NCBI GenBank assembly: GCA_052426225.1
Contig: JBNJNM010000013.1
Coordinates: 620,001 to 684,000, forward strand
Length of the DNA: 64,000 nt
From: Zancudomyces culisetae HAW-14-8
Lineage: Eukaryota > Fungi > Kickxellomycota
Reading direction: 5' to 3'
The notes beneath the pieces are model-generated. The model was not told the origin of the DNA and did not search any database. It was given only the letters and a program-made list of their open reading frames with translations. The number at the start of each line of letters is the position of its first letter. The stretch's first letter is position 1. Position numbers and translations under genes: made by a program. This document shows, piece by piece, positions 49,536 through 58,919 of this stretch.

Positions 49536-52171
49536 ATTTCTGTTGCGTTTTAAATCTATATTTTTGCTTTATTTTAAATTCTTTTTTCTTTTCGTTATAT
49601 GTTATCGATTAAATAAGTGTCGGTACCGTACATGAGCTTTTTAGATGTAGAGGAAAACAAAACGCTAACAAGGTAGATATACGGGGGGGGAAAGGAAGTA
49701 TATAAACCAAGAGCTAATAGAAATAAACCACAGAAACCGGAAAAAAATAGCGTAACTGGGAGATACAAGAGAAAGATGTTATAATGGTACCTTTTGAGCA
49801 AAAAAATAATTATAGGAATGAATGAATGAATGAGTGAATGGACGAGTGACCCACTTTTTAGATTCACTTTGGAGTGTAAAAAAAAACAGAAAGCAAACAA
49901 CAATAACAAGGTTTTGTGAACAGGAATTGGGTAATTCTTTTTTTTTCCACTTTTTTTTCTCGTAATAATTAGTTCTTGATTGTAAAATAGATATAATACG
50001 TAAATAGATAATTAGAGATAATTGAAAATAGCAAATCCTCATAAACTACTAAATCCATGGAAATAGAAAAAAAATTTTTTTTTTAAATTCCAAAGAAAGT
50101 ACGGCAATTATTGGATAAAGGATAAAGAAAAAAAATGAAACTGGGAGGCAAACTTTTTGTAATATTTGAAATTATCTCATAATCGGGATTAGTAATTCTA
50201 CACCGCTATTTGCCCAGAAATCCCAAGAGGTAGAATGTAAAGATTTACCAGGTTTTGGTGGAGAATAGGAAATGAGGTTTCAGTGTCCACGTAAAAATGA
50301 AGCGCAAAATATAAAAACCGAGTGGAATTGAAAATATTAACGAAAATAGGATATAGGAAATAGGAAAAAGTGGCAGCCTAAACACTAAACCAATGGGCCA
50401 AATCTGCAGAAATATAGAGGGCAAGGTGTAATTGTTATGCTGCAAAGAAAAGGTTGACAATTAATGATATACAAAAAATGAAATACCAGCTCTTCAAAGA
50501 GGATTCCCAAGAAAGTAAGGGAAAAATAGTGACCGCATATTTCTGTTTGCTTGGCTGATATACACATCCAAAGATGCCAAAGACAAGACAGAATAGGCGC
50601 AATAGTATGTATAGAGCATTAATGTAGACAAGTAGAGTTGTTCACATAAAAATGAGGCAAGTAAAGGAAAAAAAAGGGGGAAAAGTAGAGGACAACTGCT
50701 TTTTTCACATGATTTTATGTCTTGGTTAAACTGTCCCTGCTATACCTACCTACCTACCACAGTTTAAATATCTTTTCATACCCGGTATTTATGTATAAGA
50801 GAAATGTAATATATCGGTACCTTTTTCTTCTAGATAGAGAAAGGAGGGCCAAACATAAAAAGTAGGAGATTTCTTTTTTTTAGTTTTATAAAGCTTATGA
50901 AAAGGATAAGATATAGGTTGGTAAAGATGATAAAGGAAACCGTAAAAATACAAGAATACAAAAAAAGAGAAAATGAGATGAGATGAGAAAATGGCGATAG
51001 ACCTAGTTTTTTTTTACAATACACAAAGTCCAGTCGTATTGTCGCTTGACAAGAATGCGTTTGTCGGCAGATTCAATAATGATGCATGGATTTTGGTTCT
51101 GAATCAAGTCCTCTGGATATACATATTCGGCTCTCCGAGAGATGGAAAAAACCAAACCTGCAGCACCTTGGTTCACATTTCCCCACTCTAAATATAAAGA
51201 TTGTTGTTTATATTGTAAACTTGTTTTTTAAATTTATGCACTTAGTGGTAAAAGAATGTACAAACTAAAAAAAAAGGGAGAGAAGACACCTACTTGAAAC
51301 GCACAGACCAGTGTCATCAATAACTAGTACGCCCACGACGTCCTTGTCCTGAATTCTATAGTTGCAAAAGGATTCGAGTTAAAAATGAAATTGTTGTTGT
51401 TGATAGCACTTGTGAACCTGTAAGAGTTGTTAATAACAGAGAAATTTAATTTAGAAAAATGGAATTGTAAAGTCAAAAAAGTACATTTTTTCTATACAGT
51501 GTTCTACTTGAGTTTCCATTTGGCGGTGGTGTATGAATTGAGGGGGGGTTGAGGAGATATATTTGTATAGTATTTGTATAATGTTTGTATAATATTTGTT
51601 ATTAGCAATTGTAATCATAAAGCCAAAAAGAAAAAATAAGAGCAGGAGTGTGATAGGGAAAAAAAGAAAAAGAAAAAAAATGCCCAATTTCTACTGGGAA
51701 TGCAGCAATTTACTTTTCTCTCTTTCAACTAACATGAAACTCTTGCCCAATTGCAGCAATTTGTCTTTTCAAGTTCAATATTATTTGGTGTGATAATATC
51801 CCGTTGGCTGTCTTTAATTTTTTTTTTTAAACTTGACACTTTAAATTATAGTACGAAAAAAAAAAAATTTAAAAAATTAAAAGCTTGAAGTGTTTGTGTT
51901 CTGGATATTGATAGTTTCATTCGAGATCAAACATTACTAGAAAGAAAAAAACAGTAAGTATAGGAAAGAAAAAAATTTTGCAATGAAAAAAAAATTTTTT
52001 TTTTCTTTAAAGGAAAAAAGTATAAGGATATATTATATCTCTAGTCAGAAATAGAAAAAGTATTAGGGGAGAGAAAGAAGGAATTTGTAAATTTGTGAAA
52101 TGTATAGAGAATAAAATAATAATAATAATAATAACAACAAAAAAAAGGAAAACGGAGTACATAATAGAAAA

Positions 52172-55100
52172 ATGGAGGTAATAAAAAACCAACCAAAACC
52201 AACAACCACCACAACCAAATTTGACACACTAAAAAGGCAAAAACGGGCCATCAAGCCCGGCAGAGAGTTTGAGTATCCGGCACTACAAAAGCTTTCGGAG
52301 CCACATATAGAATCGTTCAACCGGATATTTGAAGCGAGTGGGAAAAACCAAGAGTCATTGGTGGAAATTGCACTTGGTGAACTTGGAAAGAGAGTTATCC
52401 ATGATATGAAGGTTGATGAAGGTGTAGGGAAATATGGAAATAAGCTGACATACTGGATCGAGGATGTTCAATTGATGAGACCAAGCGTGCAGTCCAGAGG
52501 AGGACAGTTTGATGGGAGATTGGAGTACCCAGCAGAGTGCCGTGAAAGAAATGGCACATATAGAGGTCGGATGACAGCCAAGGTGTGTTGGCAGGTGAAT
52601 GACAGTGAGGAAGTGCATTCAGAGATCAAGTCGCTGGGGCAAGCACCAATTATGGTGAAGTCCAACCGGTGTAATCTGAATGGAATGGGACCAAGCGAAC
52701 ACATCAAGCACCATGAAGAAGCAGAAGAGTTTGGTGGATATTTTGTGGTGAATGGAGGAGAAAGAATCATTCGATTGTTGATAGCACCACGACGAAACCA
52801 CGTGCTGGCAGTGAACCGACCATCGTATGAGAACAGAGGGCCAAGTTTTACGGGGTATGCCACGATGGTGCGTAGTGTGAGAAAAGATCAAACAAGTTGC
52901 ACAACAACGCTGCACTATTTGAAGGATGGAAATTTGCAATACCGGTTTGCAATGTACAAGCAGGAATATCTGATCCCAGTGATATTGATAATCAAGGCTT
53001 TGGCAGAGGTGAGTGATTTGGAGATATTTGAAGGGCTGATGCAGGGAAGAAATGAAGATACAGTGCTGCGGGGTCAGGTAGAGCAGCTAATCCGCGGATT
53101 GAGAGCGTATAAGGTATACAACCAGAAGCAAAGTTTGAAGTACTTGGGTAGCAAGTTCCGCGTGGTGATGGGAATGGCAGAAGACGCAAGTGACGAAGAG
53201 ATAGGACGGGCGCTGATTAGGAGAGTGGTGATGGTTCATTTGGATAATTGGCGGGACAAGTTGCAAATGGTGCTGTTCATGGTTCGCAAACTATATGGGG
53301 TCGTTGCAGGTGAGTGGCAGACAGACAACTTGGATGCACTTCAAAACCAAGAGTTGTACATGCCAGGGTTTTTGTATTTAGGAATTATCAAGGAGAAGCT
53401 GGAGGATATTTTGAACAATGTACGAGCAGCTATTCGACAGGACTTGATGCGAAATGCAGGGATGGTACGATTGGGAGATAAAGGGTATATCTCGCGGGTG
53501 TTGAAAAAGGTACAGATGGACGTTGGAGCGAAACTGCAATATTTTTTGGCGACAGGCAACCTTATCAGTCGATCAGGAATGGATATGCAACAGACATCAG
53601 GGTTTACAGTGATTGCTGAAAAGCTAAACTTTTTGCGGTATCTGTCACATTTCCAGTGTGTGCATAGAGGATCGTTCTTTGCCGAACTCAAAACCACGAC
53701 AGTACGTAAGTTGTTGCCAGAGTCCTGGGGATTTTTATGTCCAGTACATACACCTGACGGTTCGCCATGTGGGCTGTTGAATCATTTGGCACACAAATGT
53801 GAGCCAACGACACGAATTGAGGGCACAAGGGATGTTGAACGAGTGATATACGATAGTGGAATGTCGGTTGGACAGAGTATTTACAGCAGAAGTAATAGTG
53901 GCGCGACGGCCGAAGAAATAGTAGTGGTACAAGTGGACGGTAAAGTTTTGGGATATTGTACACAAAGTATGGCGGAAACTATAGCTAAACGACTTCGTCA
54001 ATTAAAGAACAAACAAAACAATAGCAACAACAAGCTGGAATATAGACTACCAAAGACACTTGAGATTGGATATGTACCAGTCAGTCACGGTGGGCAATAT
54101 CCTGGGTTGTACATCTTTTCGACACCAGCAAGATTTATGCGGCCAGTAAAACACCTCCAGACAAACAGTATTGAGCTGGTTGGGTCGTTTGAACAGGTAT
54201 ATATGGACATTGCCATCCTCAACCAAGACATTATTGAAGGTGTTAGTGAGTATATCGAAATCTTGCCTACACATATCCTGTCCTCAGTTGCCAATTTGAC
54301 TCCATTTTGTGACTTTAACCAATCACCCAGAAACATGTACCAATGCCAGATGGGTAAACAGTCGATGGGAACACCTGCCCAATCCGTCCGACACAGAGCA
54401 GACAACAAGCTGTACTGGCTGCAGAATACTCAGACACCTATTGTACGACCCTCGCTACACGACAAGTTTGGAGTAGATGGATATCCCAATGGTATGAATG
54501 CAGTGGTTGCAGTATTGGCGTACACAGGTTACGATATGGAAGACGCCATGATTCTTAACAAATCCTCGTTTGAACGTGGCTTTGGGTATGGGTTTATCTA
54601 CAAGTCACAAATCTTTGACTTGGCCGAACTCCGTAGAAGAGGCGATCCAATTACAAACCACTTTGGACTGGGCTCCGATGTCATTGCCAACAATCACATC
54701 CGCTCGTTTATTGATCTTGACGGATTGCCCCACATTGGTGTTTCACTCTCTGATGGCGATCCTGTAGTTGCTGTATTTGATGATGTACGCAACAAGACCT
54801 TTGTACGCAAATACAAGGGCGAACCGTGCTATGTCGATACGGTGCGGCTGGCATGTTCATCCGACCCCGAACTACAACATGTAGTTGTGACGTACCGTAT
54901 TCCTCGTTCTCCTATCATTGGTGACAAGTTCAGTTCACGTCACGGTCAGAAGGGTGTCAATTCTATCAAGTACAGCGCTGTCGATTTACCCTTCACCGAG
55001 TCTGGACTTCAACCCGATGTTATTATCAACCCTCACGCTTTCCCCTCCCGTATGACTATTGGTATGTTTGTCGAATCCCTAGCTGGTAAATCTGGTGCCC

Positions 55101-55780
55101 TCCACGGCATTCCCCAGGACGCTACTCCCTTCCAATTCGACGAAAATAACTCGGCTGCCGACTACTTTGGCTCTCAACTTCTTCGTGCTGGCTACAACTA
55201 TCACGGCAACGAGCCTATGTACTCGGGTATTTCTGGAAACGAACTGGCTGCCGATATTTACATTGGCGTTGTCTACTACCAGCGTCTTCGTCACATGGTT
55301 AGCGATAAGTACCAGGTCCGTACCACTGGTCCTGTCGATCCTCTCACCATGCAACCTGTCAAGGGTCGTAAGAAGGGTGGTGGTATCCGTCTTGGTGAGA
55401 TGGAACGTGATTCTCTCCTTGCTCACGGCTCCTCCTTTATCCTACAAGACCGTTTACTCAACTGTTCCGATTATTCCAAACTCTATGTTTGCAAGTCTTG
55501 TGGTTCTCTCTTGGCCCCTATTCTCTTACCTTCCTCCTCCTCTTCCTCTACTTCCTTTAATGATTCTATGGATCCCGATCTGTTTTCTACTCTCCAATCT
55601 GCTGCCGCCTCTCAATCTACCTCTTCTGCCAACCTTTCTTATAACAACAACACCTTTGACGTCTTTTGTAAATCTTGTACTTCTTCCAACATTGGCCTTG
55701 TTGCTGTTCCTTTCGTCCTCAAGTTTTTGGCTACTGAACTAGCCTCCATGAACATTAAACTGGTCCTATCCGTTTCTTAA
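52172..55780 (+). CDS. RPA135: RNA polymerase I second-largest subunit
   Basis: 1202 aa, intronless. HIESFN, YPAECRER, VRKLLPESWGFLCPVHTPDGSPCGLLNHL, DFNQSPRNMYQCQMGKQ, GDKFSSRHGQKG and GGIRLGEMERD. Confidence 0.97.
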   Translation: MEVIKNQPKPTTTTTKFDTLKRQKRAIKPGREFEYPALQKLSEPHIESFNRIFEASGKNQESLVEIALGELGKRVIHDMKVDEGVGKYGNKLTYWIEDVQLMRPSVQSRGGQFDGRLEYPAECRERNGTYRGRMTAKVCWQVNDSEEVHSEIKSLGQAPIMVKSNRCNLNGMGPSEHIKHHEEAEEFGGYFVVNGGERIIRLLIAPRRNHVLAVNRPSYENRGPSFTGYATMVRSVRKDQTSCTTTLHYLKDGNLQYRFAMYKQEYLIPVILIIKALAEVSDLEIFEGLMQGRNEDTVLRGQVEQLIRGLRAYKVYNQKQSLKYLGSKFRVVMGMAEDASDEEIGRALIRRVVMVHLDNWRDKLQMVLFMVRKLYGVVAGEWQTDNLDALQNQELYMPGFLYLGIIKEKLEDILNNVRAAIRQDLMRNAGMVRLGDKGYISRVLKKVQMDVGAKLQYFLATGNLISRSGMDMQQTSGFTVIAEKLNFLRYLSHFQCVHRGSFFAELKTTTVRKLLPESWGFLCPVHTPDGSPCGLLNHLAHKCEPTTRIEGTRDVERVIYDSGMSVGQSIYSRSNSGATAEEIVVVQVDGKVLGYCTQSMAETIAKRLRQLKNKQNNSNNKLEYRLPKTLEIGYVPVSHGGQYPGLYIFSTPARFMRPVKHLQTNSIELVGSFEQVYMDIAILNQDIIEGVSEYIEILPTHILSSVANLTPFCDFNQSPRNMYQCQMGKQSMGTPAQSVRHRADNKLYWLQNTQTPIVRPSLHDKFGVDGYPNGMNAVVAVLAYTGYDMEDAMILNKSSFERGFGYGFIYKSQIFDLAELRRRGDPITNHFGLGSDVIANNHIRSFIDLDGLPHIGVSLSDGDPVVAVFDDVRNKTFVRKYKGEPCYVDTVRLACSSDPELQHVVVTYRIPRSPIIGDKFSSRHGQKGVNSIKYSAVDLPFTESGLQPDVIINPHAFPSRMTIGMFVESLAGKSGALHGIPQDATPFQFDENNSAADYFGSQLLRAGYNYHGNEPMYSGISGNELAADIYIGVVYYQRLRHMVSDKYQVRTTGPVDPLTMQPVKGRKKGGGIRLGEMERDSLLAHGSSFILQDRLLNCSDYSKLYVCKSCGSLLAPILLPSSSSSSTSFNDSMDPDLFSTLQSAAASQSTSSANLSYNNNTFDVFCKSCTSSNIGLVAVPFVLKFLATELASMNIKLVLSVS

Positions 55781-55789
55781 TCATCTTCT

Positions 55790-56197
55790 CCCCCCCCCCC
55801 CCCCTTCCCCCCTTTTCTCCCTACTTGCAAGCATCTTTATTCTTTCTTTTTTTTACTTTACATTATTCTAATCTTTCTCCGTTAATATTTTCCTTTAATT
55901 TTTTATTCTGTCAAATCTGAAACATGATCGTTTTTCTGTTTTTCCAATTTTATCTATCCACTAATTTTGTTATCCATCACCCACCCCACCCCACCCCACC
56001 CCCGATATCCCCTTTCTCCTCCCCTCCAAATTCTTGGTTATTTTTTCCGCTAATTTCCTCTAACTCTTGCATTATTTCCATTCAAGCAAACACAACTCTG
56101 TCAATATAAAATGATTACATTCCTTTTTTAGTCATATGAGCACGGACTATTTCGTTTCATCTAATGATCTTCCTCCTCCTCCTCCTCCTCCTCCTCC
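55790..56197 (+). repeat. Cluster of C-rich simple repeats: poly-C (55790-55804), (CCCCA)n (about 55980-56003), (CCT)n (56171-56197)
   Basis: Direct reading. Confidence 0.85.
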
Positions 56198-56467
56198 TTT
56201 CTTTTTTTATTTATTTTATATATTGCCAATGCTTGTTATAAATCATGTCTATTGTTGTTTCATATATAAAACCATTTTATCTCTTTCTCCTTGTATTTTT
56301 GTTCATATCAGGTCGTTATTTATATTTTATTACACATTTCCATTTTCTTGAATATTCATTTTATTAAATACTATATTCTTGTAGCATTACAATAGTAACT
56401 AGCTAAAAATATAAAAAGATATAATAATACCAATCTACTTGGTCTAATACACAAATAAGTAATAATC

Positions 56468-58690
56468 ATGCAAAACAAAAGACAAAGGCCCAACAAGTAT
56501 ACTCAGCAAAAGATAACAAACTATTCACTTGACCACCCCGAACAGTTTTGGCTCGATCAAGCACATAAGCTGATCGACTGGCATCAACCACCCACAACTG
56601 CGCTCTCATACCGGGAAGGTCCTACCAAAAAACACCTTGTCGACTGGTTTCCCGATGGTAAACTCAATCTATGCTACAACGCATTGGACCGCCACGTACG
56701 CGATGGCTACGGAGAACAAACCGCCGTTATTTATGATTCACCAGTAACACAGACCAAACGTCGGATATCATATGCACAATTGCTCGATCAAGTCGTTGAT
56801 TTTTCCAAGGTCCTCGTGTACCACTACCATGTCAAACAAGGTGATACCGTGGTTATTTATATGCCCATGATCCCTCATACAATGGTTGCCATGTTGGCAT
56901 GTGCACGTATCGGTGCTATCCACTCTGTCGTCTTTGGTGGGTTTGCTCCAATCGAACTCGCAAAACGAATCGATGATTGTAGGGCTAATCTCGTCATCTC
57001 TGCATCATGCGGTATCGAACGACCCGACAAATTTATCGAGTACATCCCACTACTTCACACCGCCATCACCCGCCACTGTCAATATAAACCTGCCCATAAA
57101 CTCGTCTACATCCGCGAAGCTCTGCCCGTAGATCTACCAAAATATAACTCTGAAAGTAATGGATATTCTTGCTGGTCAAAACTCGTTGCTACTTATAAGA
57201 ACAGCCCACCCGTCCCCATTGCAATCGTTGACACAGCGCATCCATTGTACATGCTGTATACCAGTGGTACTACAGGTGCGCCCAAGGGTGTCGTACGTCC
57301 GTCCGGTTCACACGCAGTTGCACTTGTATACGCCATGCGCCACGTATACGGGTCAAACCCCGGCGAAGCCTTCTTTGCAAGTAGCGACTTTGGTTGGGCA
57401 GTGGGCCACTCACTCACATGCTATGGTGCATTGATGAACCGTAACGAGACCGTTGTGTATGAAGGTAAACCTGTAGGCACACCTGACCCTGGAGCATTCT
57501 TCCGTGTTTTGTCCGAATACAACGTCACGGTCTTTTTCACATCACCAACCGCACTCATGATCTTGCGAAAAGAAGATAATGATGCCAAGTACCGCCGCAA
57601 ATACGATTTGTCCCATGTACGTGGACTCTTCCTTGCTGGTGAACGTTGTGTTCCCGAAATTCATCGGTGGTGGATCAACTACATTACCAATAACAACCCG
57701 ACAGCAACATCTGCAGCTTGCAGCAATTCACATGATATTGCTCGCGCTCCCGAATTTTCGTTTGCGTATATGGATGGGTCGCCCACAAACCCCGTCGTCA
57801 ATGTCTCGACTGACCACTGGTGGCAAACCGAATCTGGCTCTCCTCTTACAGCAATCTGTCTTGGTGATATCACTGCTGGCGCGGATATCCCACCCATTCG
57901 CTTTGGCAGTGCTGGTATGGCGTTGCCTGGTGTTGACTTACGCATCTTACGTACACACAGCGATGATGGCGACGAAGATGATACTAGCCCCAAATCAACC
58001 GACCGTGCACTTGAAGAAGCTGCACCTGGAGAGATTGGTAGTGTTGTCATCAAACTCCCGCTCCCACCTGGATGTTTCTCAGGTTTGTGGAAGAACGACA
58101 AAAAATTCTTTACCGAATATTTTGAGCGTTTCCCTGGATACTATGCTACTGGCGACGCAGGCTTTGTAGATGCGGATGGGTACGTCTTCATTTTATCACG
58201 CGACGACGATGTTATCAACGTTGCTGCCCACCGTTTGTCTACATCGACTGTAGAAGAAACTGCTACCAGACACCCTACCGTCGCAGAATGCTGTGTCGTT
58301 CCCCGCCCCCATAATATCAAGGGTCAAGTCCCCGTTGTCTTTGCCGTCCTCAAATCCGGGTCTTATACACCCAGTCAACTCGCTGATGCCAAATCTCAAA
58401 TTGCTGCTGCTGTCCGCTCAAACATTGGCGCAATTGTGTCGCTCCTGCCCGAAAATATCTTTTTCGTCGAAAAGTTGCCAAAGACCCGCAGTGGCAAGAT
58501 TCTTCGCAAATTGTTGCGTAATATGTTTACGGCTATCGCTGATCATACCGCAGATACAAACCGTGGTTCGAGTAGACTAAGTACTACCGTTATTCCCTTG
58601 GATTTGCCTGCTACCATGGAAGATTTCGCTGTTGCGTATGATATTTGGAAACAGCTCCTAGATACCCCTCATGTCTACAGCAAGCTTTGA
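56468..58690 (+). CDS. Short-chain acyl-CoA synthetase, ACSS3/PrpE (propionate-CoA ligase)-like, with C-terminal SKL
   Basis: WFPDGKLNLCYNALDRH, MLACARIGAIHSVVFGGFA, YTSGTTGAPKG, YEGKPVGTPDPGAFFR, DHWWQTESG, INVAAHRLST and LPKTRSGKILR. Confidence 0.9.
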   Translation: MQNKRQRPNKYTQQKITNYSLDHPEQFWLDQAHKLIDWHQPPTTALSYREGPTKKHLVDWFPDGKLNLCYNALDRHVRDGYGEQTAVIYDSPVTQTKRRISYAQLLDQVVDFSKVLVYHYHVKQGDTVVIYMPMIPHTMVAMLACARIGAIHSVVFGGFAPIELAKRIDDCRANLVISASCGIERPDKFIEYIPLLHTAITRHCQYKPAHKLVYIREALPVDLPKYNSESNGYSCWSKLVATYKNSPPVPIAIVDTAHPLYMLYTSGTTGAPKGVVRPSGSHAVALVYAMRHVYGSNPGEAFFASSDFGWAVGHSLTCYGALMNRNETVVYEGKPVGTPDPGAFFRVLSEYNVTVFFTSPTALMILRKEDNDAKYRRKYDLSHVRGLFLAGERCVPEIHRWWINYITNNNPTATSAACSNSHDIARAPEFSFAYMDGSPTNPVVNVSTDHWWQTESGSPLTAICLGDITAGADIPPIRFGSAGMALPGVDLRILRTHSDDGDEDDTSPKSTDRALEEAAPGEIGSVVIKLPLPPGCFSGLWKNDKKFFTEYFERFPGYYATGDAGFVDADGYVFILSRDDDVINVAAHRLSTSTVEETATRHPTVAECCVVPRPHNIKGQVPVVFAVLKSGSYTPSQLADAKSQIAAAVRSNIGAIVSLLPENIFFVEKLPKTRSGKILRKLLRNMFTAIADHTADTNRGSSRLSTTVIPLDLPATMEDFAVAYDIWKQLLDTPHVYSKL

Positions 58691-58919
58691 ATATTGTAGT
58701 TTTTCTTTCTTTTCCCACTTTTTTATCCGCTTTTATACTGGTATCTTGCCAAAATCGATGGTAGTTCAGTGGGTTTATTATCATGTTTCTCCATAAATCA
58801 AATACTATTATATGCTCTCCTTCTTCCACTTATCCTCATCAATAATGTTATTATTAAAGAAAGAAAAAAAGATCATTAAACACTAGAAACAATAAAAAAA
58901 TATATGCTCAAAAATACTC

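Noticed and set aside
51960-52005. RRPE-like TGAAAAAAAAATTTT upstream of RPA135
   Set aside because: A-tract/T-tract junctions occur in many spacers here, so it is not specific evidence.
55095-55742. 215-aa overlapping ORF in the +1 frame of RPA135 (also 57579-58169 in ACS and 35574-35867 in the Myb gene)
   Set aside because: Expected by-product of pyrimidine-ending codons removing +1-frame stops; the Leu/Ser/Thr-rich product has no recognisable domain.
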